A stretch of 47,186 nucleotides of DNA, taken from contig JAXLZU010000001.1 in the NCBI GenBank assembly GCA_046350735.1, positions 750,462 to 797,647 of the forward strand, read 5' to 3'. Source of the DNA: Candidatus Saccharimonadota bacterium (GTDB lineage: Bacteria > Patescibacteriota > Saccharimonadia > CAILAD01 > BJGX01). Under the pieces are notes generated by a model, which did no database searches, was not told the origin of the DNA, and saw only the letters and a program-made list of their open reading frames with translations. Numbering within the stretch: position 1 is the first letter of the stretch; each line of letters opens with the position of its first letter. The position numbers and the translations under genes are program-made. Below, one piece after another: positions 1 through 9,787 of this stretch.

Positions 1-2
1 TT

Positions 3-1421
3 ATTATTGTTGGTCTGGCCAATAAAGCAGTAGATGAAGCAAAAGAACGGGTACGTTCGGCACTTAAGAACTCTCGATTACATCTTCCGCCACGACGTAT
101 TACACTCAACCTTGCCCCTGCCGATATTCCCAAGACTGGTTCTAGCTACGATCTTGCTATGGCAACAAGCCTCCTCTTAGCAAGCGGCCAGATAGAAAAA
201 CTTCCTCAAAATGCCCTCTTTTATGGCGAGCTTGGTCTTGATGGTAGCACCCGTGCTGTTTCTGGTGCACTCGCAACTGCCCAGATGGCGGTTGAGCTTG
301 GGTTTACTCAGCTATTTATCTCGGCCGATTCTGCCCCACAAGCTGCAATTATTGAAGGTATTGATGTAATACCAGTCCAAAACCTTTTCGAGCTATACCA
401 ACATCTACTTGGTGAGATTACTTTGGCACCACTCAAAAAAACACTTATTAAGGCAAATACTAAAGTCGCCAGTATCGACATGGCCGAAATCTATGGTCAA
501 CACCAAGCAAGGCGAGCTATAGAAATTGCAGCCGCTGGTAATCATAATATTCTCCTCTCAGGTCCACCCGGAAGCGGTAAAACAATGCTTGCCAAGGCCT
601 TAATTGGTTTACTACCAGAACCCAGCTACTCAGAAATGCTTGAGATTACTCGCATCCATAGCCTTGCGGGACTGAATAATTCTGAGATCGTTACTGCCCG
701 CCCTCTGCGCAGTCCACATCATACAGCTAGTGATATTGCCTTAATTGGAGGTGGAACTCACCCCAAACCAGGCGAGATAAGTTTAGCTCATAGGGGTATA
801 TTGTTTTTAGATGAGCTACCAGAATTTCCGCGTCATGTACTAGAAGTAATGCGTCAGCCACTCGAGGATGGCACAATTACCGTCTCGCGCGCCAGTGCTA
901 CATATCAGTTTCCTGCTCAATTCCTCTTGGTAGCAGCTCAAAATCCATGCCCCTGTGGGTATGATGGCGACCCAAGCAATACCTGCAGCTGTTCACCAAG
1001 CCAAATCAATCGTTATCGTACAAAAATATCCGGGCCATTACTCGATAGAATCGATCTCATTGTCGAGGTTGCTAAGACCGAACGAAAGGCATTATTCGAA
1101 ACTCAGACCGAAGAAGACACCAAAACTGTAGCCAAGCGAGTTAAGACAGCTCGCGAGATACAGGCTAAGCGGTTTGCTAATTCATACTGCAGCTGTAATC
1201 ATGAGATGGATAACAAATTAGTAAAAGAATTCTGCAAGCTAGATGCCGAGATAGAAGAATTAGCTAGTAAAGCTTATAGTCATTTTAATCTGTCGGCGAG
1301 ATCCTACATGAGAGTCTTAAAGGTGGCGCGCACTATTGCCGACCTTGACGGCAGTAAAGATATACGTAAAAGTCACTTTACAGAAGCACTGCAGTATAGA
1401 CCACAGGTGGCCCAACGCTAA
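3..1421 (+). CDS. comM: YifB/ComM Mg-chelatase-like AAA+ ATPase (5' truncated by window edge)
   Basis: Frame is open from position 3 (IIVGLANKAVDEAKERVRSA...LNLAPAD). Walker A GPPGSGKT, Walker B LFLDE, plus PLRSPHHTAS and SGPLLDRID motifs. Confidence 0.93.
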   Translation: MIVGLANKAVDEAKERVRSALKNSRLHLPPRRITLNLAPADIPKTGSSYDLAMATSLLLASGQIEKLPQNALFYGELGLDGSTRAVSGALATAQMAVELGFTQLFISADSAPQAAIIEGIDVIPVQNLFELYQHLLGEITLAPLKKTLIKANTKVASIDMAEIYGQHQARRAIEIAAAGNHNILLSGPPGSGKTMLAKALIGLLPEPSYSEMLEITRIHSLAGLNNSEIVTARPLRSPHHTASDIALIGGGTHPKPGEISLAHRGILFLDELPEFPRHVLEVMRQPLEDGTITVSRASATYQFPAQFLLVAAQNPCPCGYDGDPSNTCSCSPSQINRYRTKISGPLLDRIDLIVEVAKTERKALFETQTEEDTKTVAKRVKTAREIQAKRFANSYCSCNHEMDNKLVKEFCKLDAEIEELASKAYSHFNLSARSYMRVLKVARTIADLDGSKDIRKSHFTEALQYRPQVAQR

Positions 1422-1426
1422 ATTAC

Positions 1427-1759
1427 CTAACCTGAGAAAACACGCAGTATCTGTGTACCGACACTGGTATAGCTCATTAGTAACCAAACGCCAGTATAAA
1501 CCGCTAGGATTATTCCTATTAAGACAAGTGTTTTGGCAATATCTTCTTTTACATAACTTAGTTCAACATCATCATAGATAATCTGATCTTTCGATGGTTT
1601 GGCTTTGCTAACAGATGCCGGAGTAAGAGCTGCCTTCTTAGCACCAGTGTCTTCATTACTTGTGTGTGCTGCAGTGGTAGCGCCCACCCCTGTTGTTTGC
1701 TTCTGCATTCTCTGTTTGCGTGAGCGATTCGATTTACGATGTTTCTTCTTTTTTGCCAT
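1427..1759 (-). CDS. Small protein with Lys/Arg-rich N-terminus and one C-terminal TM helix
   Basis: Likely start is MAKKKKHRKS at 1759, 9 nt after a TACAAT hexamer. C-terminal hydrophobic segment TLVLIGIILAVYTGVWLLM. Confidence 0.65.
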   Translation of the reverse strand: MAKKKKHRKSNRSRKQRMQKQTTGVGATTAAHTSNEDTGAKKAALTPASVSKAKPSKDQIIYDDVELSYVKEDIAKTLVLIGIILAVYTGVWLLMSYTSVGTQILRVFSG

Positions 1760-1826
1760 ATAGCAGTTATTGTACACGGCACTTTCTCTTGTGGCTAGTG
1801 TTATAGCCAGATATAATAAGGGTACT

Positions 1827-2312
1827 ATGCAGATGAGCTTATTTGTTTTGATTCTTTTGGCGTTCATTGGGGTAATTGGTTTTACCCAATGGCGATATTG
1901 GCAATTACAAAAAAAATATGGTGAATTCCTCGAAGGTGCTAGTGCAAAGAAAGTAGAAGACCTTATTAAAGAATATAGTCACAGTGTTGCAGATGCACAA
2001 AACAAAATTGACGAGATGGCCGAATTTGTCGCCAAAATGCACCAAAACTCTAAATTTGCTCTATCCAAGCAAGCTCTCATTCGCTTTAATCCGTTTGGTG
2101 ATACGGGTGGCAATCAAAGCTTTGTTCTTGCTTTGCTTGATAACAATAATAATGGTGTGGTACTTTCTAGCGTGCATGCTCGAACCGGCACTCGTGTGTA
2201 TGCCAAAGAGATACGAGATGGATTAAGTAAGTACAACTTATCAGACGAAGAGACTATTGCCCTACAAAAAGCACTAGATCGAGAAAAGGCACAAAAAGAT
2301 GTGGTGGAATAA
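1827..2312 (+). CDS. DUF4446-family membrane-anchored protein
   Basis: N-terminal TM helix, coiled coil, then RFNPFGDTGGNQSF-LALLD...GVVLSS-H-R...RVYAKEI...LSDEE, typical of DUF4446. ATG at 1827 follows TATAAT. Confidence 0.8.
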   Translation: MQMSLFVLILLAFIGVIGFTQWRYWQLQKKYGEFLEGASAKKVEDLIKEYSHSVADAQNKIDEMAEFVAKMHQNSKFALSKQALIRFNPFGDTGGNQSFVLALLDNNNNGVVLSSVHARTGTRVYAKEIRDGLSKYNLSDEETIALQKALDREKAQKDVVE

Positions 2313-2655
2313 ACAACAAAAATCGCAACATGGCTTTAGTGTTCATCCAGAATTCTTCTTAGGGGCACAAACCATCGCCGCAGGCAGTGTAGAATTTGAA
2401 AGTGACATCTTACTAGATGGACGCTACACCGGTGAAGTTACTACAAGTGGACTAATAGAAGTTGGTAATAATGCCAATGTTAACGCCGATCTTGAGGCTC
2501 GCGTTGGTATTATCGAAGGCAAATATAAGGGCAAAGCGAGCTTCGTTGATGAGGTACAAATAAAAAACTGCGCTAGCGTTGATGGTAATATAGAATCAGC
2601 TAATATTCTGGTTGAGAAGGGTGCACAGCTAAATGCCAAGTGTAAGACTATTTAA
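2299..2655 (+). CDS. Bactofilin / polymer-forming cytoskeletal protein
   Basis: Beta-helix repeats (ILLDGRYTGEV, IEVGNNANVNADL, IIEGKYKG, VEKGAQLNAKC). Confidence 0.85.
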   Translation: MWWNKQQKSQHGFSVHPEFFLGAQTIAAGSVEFESDILLDGRYTGEVTTSGLIEVGNNANVNADLEARVGIIEGKYKGKASFVDEVQIKNCASVDGNIESANILVEKGAQLNAKCKTI

Positions 2656-2660
2656 TTATA

Positions 2661-3479
2661 ATGAGTAATTATCACCTATTTATCGATAATACATCGGCCG
2701 AAAACGAAGCCCTCCTAACATACTTAAAAGATTGGGCAAGCAAGTTAAGTGTGTCGGCTGAGTTTCATGTTGTTGAAGATTTTACCACGATTGGAACAAT
2801 TCTTCGGCAACAAGCCGAGCCAGCTTCGGCTTACATCTGCGTTGGCAAGCAAGACACATTCTCAGCCCTACTCTCATATGCAAAATTACTTGAAGACAAT
2901 GCAGTTATTGGTTATATCCCGCTTACAAAAAATGCACTAGCTCAAAAACTTGGGCTAAAGAACCATAAAGATGCTTGCAAAGCTATTGCGCAGCGTAAAT
3001 TATTTGAGATTACTCTCTGCTCTATCAATCAATATTTTATGCTTTTTGACTATCAGTTAAAAATTACCGATATGCCAGAAGATGGTACAACGCAATTTTT
3101 TATCGATAAAAAACTACAGATAAAATCCCCAACCGGATCAGTTAAATTGCTCAACAAACAGTTTGATAGCATGCACCCCTCTAAATCGCTCGTTATAGAA
3201 GGTTACGAGCAACACGAGCTCGAAACTGAATCGGCTCCAATATTACAAAATCTAGCTATTAAGAATAGTCGTACACAATCAACTCAATTACAATTCCGTC
3301 TACCCTTTAAGGTTGCTCAGATTGAATCGAGTGGCAGTATCCACGATCCCTTTGGTACAGTCCTTAAAAAGCCGGTTTCTATTGGTTTGCACAGCAAAAA
3401 ACTACGTCTCATTGTTAAGCGCGGCTTCGAGCTTACACAAGATCAGGGTGACAAATTATTATCGACTGAAGAGTCTTGA
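2661..3479 (+). CDS. Diacylglycerol-kinase-like protein, degenerate
   Basis: Spacing resembles the DAGK catalytic domain (ICVGKQDTFSALL...IGYIPL...A.KLG), but the GGDG motif is replaced by GKQD. Confidence 0.45.
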   Translation: MSNYHLFIDNTSAENEALLTYLKDWASKLSVSAEFHVVEDFTTIGTILRQQAEPASAYICVGKQDTFSALLSYAKLLEDNAVIGYIPLTKNALAQKLGLKNHKDACKAIAQRKLFEITLCSINQYFMLFDYQLKITDMPEDGTTQFFIDKKLQIKSPTGSVKLLNKQFDSMHPSKSLVIEGYEQHELETESAPILQNLAIKNSRTQSTQLQFRLPFKVAQIESSGSIHDPFGTVLKKPVSIGLHSKKLRLIVKRGFELTQDQGDKLLSTEES

Positions 3480-3504
3480 TTTGCCAAGCTATTCGTGTTA
3501 CTAT
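3476..3504 (+). promoter_or_regulatory. sigma70-type promoter of infC-rpmI-rplT
   Basis: TTGATT-17 nt-TACTAT upstream of an AAGGAG SD (3518-3523). Confidence 0.6.
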
Positions 3505-3529
3505 TGTTTGGAGCTTTAAGGAGAACTAA

Positions 3530-4081
3530 CTGAAAAAACCACGTTTTAAGTTGAATCATGAGATAAAATCCCCAACCGTACGTTTGTTGGGTGCTGATGG
3601 TTCACAGCTTGGCGTCGTAACTCTATCGCAAGCCCTACAAATGGCTTCAGAGCAAGGCTACGACTTAGCCGAAGTTTCTCCTGGTGCGAAACCACCGGTT
3701 TGTAAATTACTTGATTGGGGTAAATACCAATACGAGCAAGAAAAACAAGCTGCTAAGAGTCGTAAAAAGCAGAAGACCATCGAAGTCAAACAGATTCGAA
3801 TGGGATTAAAAATTGGTGATCACGATATAGAAGTTAAGCGCAAAGCTGCGCGTAAGTTCTTAGATGCTGGTAATAAGGTAAAAATTACTGCCCGCTTTAA
3901 GGGCCGTGAGATGACTCATCAAGATTTGGGCCGAGCAGTGCTCACAAAATTCTTTGAAGGGCTCAGTGATATCGCTATTATCGAATCAGATCCAAGTTTG
4001 GCCGGACGCGATATGTCTATCGTTGTCGGACTAAAAAAAGAAGTTAAAAGTCAAAGAAAGCAAGAAGATGCCAAAGATTAA
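3530..4081 (+). CDS. infC: Translation initiation factor IF-3, probable CTG start
   Basis: IF3 motifs (LNHEI..PTVRLLG.DG.QLG, CKLLDWGKYQYE, RFKGRE). An in-frame CTG at 3530 lies 6 nt after AAGGAG and directly after an in-frame TAA. Confidence 0.95.
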   Translation: MKKPRFKLNHEIKSPTVRLLGADGSQLGVVTLSQALQMASEQGYDLAEVSPGAKPPVCKLLDWGKYQYEQEKQAAKSRKKQKTIEVKQIRMGLKIGDHDIEVKRKAARKFLDAGNKVKITARFKGREMTHQDLGRAVLTKFFEGLSDIAIIESDPSLAGRDMSIVVGLKKEVKSQRKQEDAKD

Positions 4082-4262
4082 GACCAACAAAACAGCCGCT
4101 AAGCGAGTAAAAGTTACCGGTAGCGGAAAGGTAATGCACCGTAAGGCCACACGGGCGCATAAGCTTACCCTAAAATCGGCCGCACGTAAGCGCGCCTACA
4201 CTCTCGAGCATGATACTGCTAAGGGTGATACAAAAAATGTTAAGAAAATGTTAGGAATCTAA
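4068..4262 (+). CDS. rpmI: 50S ribosomal protein L35
   Basis: [21 protein letters not shown]; position after infC. Confidence 0.96.
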   Translation: MPKIKTNKTAAKRVKVTGSGKVMHRKATRAHKLTLKSAARKRAYTLEHDTAKGDTKNVKKMLGI

Positions 4263-4263
4263 G

Positions 4264-4605
4264 ATGAGAGTAAAACGCGGCGTAACCGCCACCAAACGAC
4301 ACAAAAAAGTACTCAAGCTTACCAAGGGTTACAGCAAAACTCGCCGTAGCAGCTATCGCAAAGCTCACGAGGCAGTCCTAAAAGCCATGAGCTACCAATA
4401 CTGCGATCGTCGTAACCTAAAACGTGATATGCGATCACTTTGGATTACTCGCATTGGTGCTGCTGCCCGTATTAATGGTACTAGCTACTCTGTACTAACT
4501 GCTGGTCTTAAGAAGGCAGAGATAAAGCTTGACCGGAAAACTTTAGCAGAACTTGCTGTTAACGAACCAAAAGCATTTGAGGCAATTGTTAAAGCTGCGA
4601 AGTAA
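4264..4605 (+). CDS. rplT: 50S ribosomal protein L20
   Basis: MRVKRGV...KGY...[16 protein letters not shown]...[10 protein letters not shown]. Confidence 0.97.
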   Translation: MRVKRGVTATKRHKKVLKLTKGYSKTRRSSYRKAHEAVLKAMSYQYCDRRNLKRDMRSLWITRIGAAARINGTSYSVLTAGLKKAEIKLDRKTLAELAVNEPKAFEAIVKAAK

Positions 4606-4618
4606 GATTACCAGATAT

Positions 4619-4647
4619 AAAACCTATCGAAACTCGGTAGGTTTTTT
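4619..4647 (+). terminator. Rho-independent terminator after rplT
   Basis: aacctatcga-aac-tcggtaggtt hairpin followed by a T run. Confidence 0.75.
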
Positions 4648-4661
4648 GGTACCATACTATA

Positions 4662-5309
4662 ATGAAAGCCAAAAAGAAACCTGCTTCTCAATCTAAACAG
4701 ATGAGCAATAAGCACATAATTATCAACTCCCTACTGGTAGGAGTACTTATTGGATTATTACTCTTTTCCCTGTTTCGTTTTATTACTTACCGACCCAACC
4801 ACACCACTCATTACCACGCTAACTGGCAAGTTTGGATTAATGGACAACAACAAACTTTTCCCGAGCCGGCATTTTACCAAGAGGTTGCTAGTTGCTCGAT
4901 CAATGATGATACCGACCCGCTCCATCGCGCGCATATGCACAATAATGTTTACGATGTTATTCATGTACATGCCAATGGAGTTACCTACACACAATTTCTC
5001 GAAAATATACATTCTGCGGCTTTGCCAGGCTACCTCGTGATTGGCAACAACACATATCAAAATACTGCTGACAAAAAAGTATCATATATCTTAAACGGCA
5101 AACTCCTCGATTCATTAAACGGTATTGTGATAAAACCTGAGGATAAATTGTTGATTAATTATGGCAATGAGCCTGGGGCCGAGCTTATTGCTAGGGATAA
5201 AGCTATTGCCAATAAGGCAGATGATTACAATCATAAACAAGATCCAGCTAGTTGTAGCGGTGATCACGATACAACACTATTAGACCGAATTAATAATATA
5301 ATATTCTAG
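4662..5309 (+). CDS. Membrane-anchored exported protein with three HxH motifs
   Basis: One N-terminal TM helix; HYH, HMH and HVH motifs; two Cys (ASCS twice). Confidence 0.75.
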   Translation: MKAKKKPASQSKQMSNKHIIINSLLVGVLIGLLLFSLFRFITYRPNHTTHYHANWQVWINGQQQTFPEPAFYQEVASCSINDDTDPLHRAHMHNNVYDVIHVHANGVTYTQFLENIHSAALPGYLVIGNNTYQNTADKKVSYILNGKLLDSLNGIVIKPEDKLLINYGNEPGAELIARDKAIANKADDYNHKQDPASCSGDHDTTLLDRINNIIF

Positions 5310-5313
5310 AATT

Positions 5314-6564
5314 CTACAATGCCTTTAAGGCTTGTATAGGACGCTTACGAGCAGCTTTAATGGCCGGAGCAACTCCAAACACAACTCCAACAAACAAACT
5401 TACGCCAAGGGCAAGCAGAAGCGCCTTAAGACTAAATACCGGCGTAATACCAGCAAACTTTTTAACCACCAAGCCTGCGAGGTAGCTTAAGCCCAGCCCT
5501 AACAAACCACCAATTACCGAAAGGATGACTGCTTCTATTAAGAATTGACTAAGAATGTTACCACTGGTAGCACCTATAGCTTTACGAATACCAATTTCTC
5601 GAGTGCGTTCACTTACTGTAACTAACATAATGTTCATAATACCAATGCCACCTACCAGCAGACTAATCGATGCAATAGCCACCACAAAGGCAGTTAATAA
5701 ATCGAGAATAGTATTAAAGGTAGAGAGCAAATCCTCTTGTGTAAGTACACTAAAATCTTCTTGGCCAGAATGGTTCTGTTTTAACTCATCTTTAATGGCA
5801 TTTTGGGTAGAGGTAATATTTTTTGGATCATTAACTTGTACTAGAATACGAAATATTTGATTAGAATTAGTAACTTGGTTGGCGGTATTAATAGGAATAT
5901 AGACAATATCATCAGAACTAGCACCAAAACCAGAACCGGTGTCAGATTTTTTTGTTACCCCCACTACCACAAATTTCTGTCCTCGTATACCAATTTCTTT
6001 ACCTATAGCATCAACATCACCAAACAAATTCTGTTTGGTATCAGCACCCAAAACTGCCACTTTTGTACTATTATCATTATCTTTCGTTGTAAAAAACTCC
6101 CCACTTTCAAATTTAAGCTGGCGGACATCACTAAAATTAGCTGTTGTACCAGTAATAAATGGCGAGCTGGTAGACAAGTCTTGATACACTACATTAGATG
6201 AAACAATATTAAATGGTGCGGTAGATACAACATTCTTGGTTTGCTCTATAGTTGTAACGTCTTGATTAGTAAGTGTTGAGGTACCAACCGAGCTAGCAAA
6301 ATTAAATCCACCACCGCCTTTTTGTTGTTGTCCATTTTTTGCAGTCGTGCCACCGCTTCCGCCAATCTGCCCAGAAGTAACGGTAAGCAAGTTAGAACCC
6401 AAGCTAGAGACTTGGCTAGAAACTTGACTCTTTACTCCATCGCCAATACCTATCATTACTAACACTGCAAAAACGCCAATAATAATACCAAGCATCGTCA
6501 AAAACGAGCGCATTTTGGCCGAGCGAATACTAATAAGAGCCATTTTGATGTTCTGAAATATCAT
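5314..6564 (-). CDS. MacB/FtsX-family ABC transporter permease
   Basis: RSFLTMLGIIIGV at the N-terminus and GGIGIMNIMLVTVSERTREIGIRKAIGA. The start at 6564 overlaps the ATPase stop (ATGA). Confidence 0.92.
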   Translation of the reverse strand: MIFQNIKMALISIRSAKMRSFLTMLGIIIGVFAVLVMIGIGDGVKSQVSSQVSSLGSNLLTVTSGQIGGSGGTTAKNGQQQKGGGGFNFASSVGTSTLTNQDVTTIEQTKNVVSTAPFNIVSSNVVYQDLSTSSPFITGTTANFSDVRQLKFESGEFFTTKDNDNSTKVAVLGADTKQNLFGDVDAIGKEIGIRGQKFVVVGVTKKSDTGSGFGASSDDIVYIPINTANQVTNSNQIFRILVQVNDPKNITSTQNAIKDELKQNHSGQEDFSVLTQEDLLSTFNTILDLLTAFVVAIASISLLVGGIGIMNIMLVTVSERTREIGIRKAIGATSGNILSQFLIEAVILSVIGGLLGLGLSYLAGLVVKKFAGITPVFSLKALLLALGVSLFVGVVFGVAPAIKAARKRPIQALKAL

Positions 6565-7277
6565 ACTGGCACCTTTTTCTTGGTTAAAATACCATCTTTT
6601 ACCCACACAACTTTATTGGCGTACTTGCCTATCTCAGGATTATGCGTAACGAGTACAATAGTTACTCCTTGCTGGTTTAAGCTCTTTAGTAAGTTCATTA
6701 TCTCTTCTCCGGTCTTAGTATCGAGATTACCAGTTGGCTCATCAGCAAGAATAAGACTTGGATTATTAGTGAGCGCCCTAGCAATTGCCGCACGCTGTAC
6801 TTGCCCGCCACTCATTCTGTTAGATCGATTCTTAGCCTTGTCTGCCAATCCAACCTTCTCTAGTACTTCCGCCACTTTTAGCTTACGTTCTGATTTGCTT
6901 TTTTTAGCATAAACCATCGGGAGCTCAACATTTTGAGCGACATTTAGACGTGGTAGAAGATTGAAGCTCTGAAACACAAAGCCAATCTTATCTCTTCGCA
7001 ACTTGGCCAGTTTTTTCTCAGAAAGTGTGGCAATATCTACATCGTCTAGCAAAAATACACCAGCGGTTGGTCTATCGAGTAAGCCGATAATATTCATTAA
7101 GGTTGATTTACCAGACCCAGACGGACCCATAATAGCAATAAAATCACCATCTTTTACTTCGAGGTTAATCCCTTTAAGCGCATCTAAAACGCCCGCCTCG
7201 TCATCGTAACGTTTACTGAGGGATTTCATATAAATAACATTATGTGATGGTTTCTGATTAGTCTTTTTCATATACAA
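6561..7277 (-). CDS. ABC transporter ATP-binding protein (MacB/LolD type)
   Basis: GPSGSGKST, signature MSGGQVQR, ILADEPTGNLD, H-loop VTH. Exact start uncertain. Confidence 0.94.
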   Translation of the reverse strand: MYMKKTNQKPSHNVIYMKSLSKRYDDEAGVLDALKGINLEVKDGDFIAIMGPSGSGKSTLMNIIGLLDRPTAGVFLLDDVDIATLSEKKLAKLRRDKIGFVFQSFNLLPRLNVAQNVELPMVYAKKSKSERKLKVAEVLEKVGLADKAKNRSNRMSGGQVQRAAIARALTNNPSLILADEPTGNLDTKTGEEIMNLLKSLNQQGVTIVLVTHNPEIGKYANKVVWVKDGILTKKKVPV

Positions 7278-8703
7278 AGCTAATTATTGTGTCACTATTA
7301 ATTATAGCATGGAGCTCAGAAGTATTTGCATCAAGTGATACAGTACGATTATCACTACTAGCTACCAAGTGATAGCCAGCTGGAGTATGTAGGCGATACA
7401 CTAAATTGTACGGCCAGCCACCTGTTTGTTTCTGTATAAGAATGTTGGCAGTCACCGTCTTACTCATATCAAAATGTTGCGGTATAGAGTAATTAATATG
7501 AACTACTTGTGGTGGGCCAAGCGGACCAAGCACAGAGATATAATTAAACTGTTGAATCGGTTTTTCATAACTCGTAGTAAGCTTATCTACACCTGAAAAA
7601 CTTTTTAACCGCGAGTCTAGGGGTACCAGCACTTGTATATAAGAGATATTACTCTTTATCAGCCAATCTGGCTTGTTAGTGTATGGGTTGGTATACGGAA
7701 AGCTTTGTGGTTTTGTATGGCGCCTAGAAATTTCAAGAGAAACACTGCTCGTCCCATCAGCAAGAATTGTTTGATCATAATTTACTTGCTGATCGATAAA
7801 TGGACTACTCTTATCAGCACCAAAATTTGCCTCGGTTAATTGAAAGTAATTATAATCTGTCTTCTTAATACTACCTGCCAGCCCTAACTCTTCAATTTGA
7901 GCCTGCACGGTTGGATCGCTACTATAGAGTAAGATATGTTTTTCACTCCCCAATTTTGCAAACAAATCAGAGTAGTGTGTGAGTGACTGAATATTTTGCT
8001 GGGCAGCGAGTCGCTGCATCAATACCTGGGCTAGGCCAGTTAAAATACCCGCTTTTGGGTCTTTACCGGCTATCTTGTCTTTACCTGCCTCAACCTCTAG
8101 TTGCACCTTCTCAAGGAAGTTTTCATCAGTAATAGTAAGATTGTAGTCTTTTAAGGTAACAGGTCCTGTTTGTTTGAGCAATTCGCGCAAAACTTGGGGT
8201 GTTACTTCAATTACCGCATCTACATTATCTCCTGTGTCAGCAGTATAAAACTTCATGGCTTCTTGGGCATTAGTGGGCCAATTATGTACAAGGCCACTAT
8301 CGCGCAAACTTAAATACGGAGCCAAGTACTTCATATACTCTGGTACCGGAATACCCAACTTAGCATTTACAGTATCGTAGTCTATATTGTAGATGTTATT
8401 TACGTCACTTAGGCTAAACTTGCCATTGTTTCCCCGTAGAATGGCGTACGATCCGAGAAACCCGCCACCAAAGCGTTGTTCGGCATTATTTGCGAATAAT
8501 ATAAGTGTCTTGGTAGGCTTAGTTTTACCGCTAAAATATTCATACAAATGGGTATATTTGAGCTCTTTAGGGGTCGATATTGTTGTAGTAATTACCTTAT
8601 TTACCACAAAAACTATCGCAAAAGCCACAAAAATCATTCCTGCCGCAATTGCCATTGCCTGAAAGAGAGTTGGTCTAGGCCGACTTTTGAGCAGTGGCTT
8701 CAT
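7258..8703 (-). CDS. DUF4012-domain membrane-anchored protein
   Basis: N-terminal TM helix; LFANNAEQRFGGGFLGSY, LRDSG...WPTNA, VDAVIEV, EKHILLY, ANFGADKS. Confidence 0.85.
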   Translation of the reverse strand: MKPLLKSRPRPTLFQAMAIAAGMIFVAFAIVFVVNKVITTTISTPKELKYTHLYEYFSGKTKPTKTLILFANNAEQRFGGGFLGSYAILRGNNGKFSLSDVNNIYNIDYDTVNAKLGIPVPEYMKYLAPYLSLRDSGLVHNWPTNAQEAMKFYTADTGDNVDAVIEVTPQVLRELLKQTGPVTLKDYNLTITDENFLEKVQLEVEAGKDKIAGKDPKAGILTGLAQVLMQRLAAQQNIQSLTHYSDLFAKLGSEKHILLYSSDPTVQAQIEELGLAGSIKKTDYNYFQLTEANFGADKSSPFIDQQVNYDQTILADGTSSVSLEISRRHTKPQSFPYTNPYTNKPDWLIKSNISYIQVLVPLDSRLKSFSGVDKLTTSYEKPIQQFNYISVLGPLGPPQVVHINYSIPQHFDMSKTVTANILIQKQTGGWPYNLVYRLHTPAGYHLVASSDNRTVSLDANTSELHAIINSDTIISFVYEKD

Positions 8704-9781
8704 CTATAATCTCTTTCATTTTCATTCTAAAAACAGCTTCTGAGTAGTTATTGGCATGTTTCGCAATATAGCTAGAATCAAATGATGTACTCTCAAATTG
8801 TTGCATTGCAGATACTAGTGCATCCTTGGTCTGTTCGTTAAACAAGATACCTGTTTTGCCATCAATAACAGTCTCAGCCAACCCACCCTTAGCCAAGCCA
8901 ATTACCGGCTTACCTGCTGCCATAGCTTCTACTGGTGTAATACCAAAGTCTTCGAATCCAGGAAACAAAAATGCTTTACAGTTTTTCATGTATTCTACCA
9001 CTGCTGCATCGTCAGCATTGGTATCAAAACGAATTGTTTTGCCAGCTAATTTGCGGAGTTTACGCAACTCGCTACCTTTACCAACCACAACCAACTCTCT
9101 GCCAAGCTGATTACTGGCCTGAATAGCCAAATCGACTCGCTTATATGGTATAAGACGACTTACTACCAAATAATATCCTTCATCTTTTATACTGGTATTT
9201 GCAAACCGAGCTACATTTACTGGCGGGTAAATAACCTTAGCATCGCGATTGTAGTATTTTTTAATGCGTTTGGCCACAGTTATTGAGTTAGCTACCACAA
9301 CATCTGCCCGAGCAGCTGCAGCATAATCCCAATAGCGCATGGTCTTTACCAGTCTTGGTAAAGCCATCTTTACAAGCGGGTTTAGTACACCATAACCTGG
9401 GTTTTCTAGATAATCATCATAGCCGCTCCAGTAATAGCGTGTAGGTGTATGAATATAAGCAATATGTTTTGTATCAGTACTAGTAATTACCCCTTTAGCT
9501 TCAGCACTGGCAGAGGTAATAACCAAATCGTACTCAGAAAAGTCAAAGCTTTCAAAAGCATATCTTCTGAGCGTTGGGTACAACTGGTGTCGCTTCTTTG
9601 AGAATGGCCATCGTTGCAGAAATGAGGTAACAATCTGCTGGTCTGTAAACAAATCTAATCTAGATTGGTCATACACACTAGTATAAATAGGTGCATCAGG
9701 GTACTGTTGGCTTAATACTTCAACTACACGCTCAGCTCCGCCTAAATTTGTCAGCCAATCATGTACAATTGCTACCCTCAT
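8675..9781 (-). CDS. Glycosyltransferase family 4
   Basis: MRVAIVHDWLTNLGGAERV and EDFGITPVEAMAAGKPV. Confidence 0.93.
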   Translation of the reverse strand: MRVAIVHDWLTNLGGAERVVEVLSQQYPDAPIYTSVYDQSRLDLFTDQQIVTSFLQRWPFSKKRHQLYPTLRRYAFESFDFSEYDLVITSASAEAKGVITSTDTKHIAYIHTPTRYYWSGYDDYLENPGYGVLNPLVKMALPRLVKTMRYWDYAAAARADVVVANSITVAKRIKKYYNRDAKVIYPPVNVARFANTSIKDEGYYLVVSRLIPYKRVDLAIQASNQLGRELVVVGKGSELRKLRKLAGKTIRFDTNADDAAVVEYMKNCKAFLFPGFEDFGITPVEAMAAGKPVIGLAKGGLAETVIDGKTGILFNEQTKDALVSAMQQFESTSFDSSYIAKHANNYSEAVFRMKMKEIIDEATAQKSA

Positions 9782-9787
9782 AAAACA

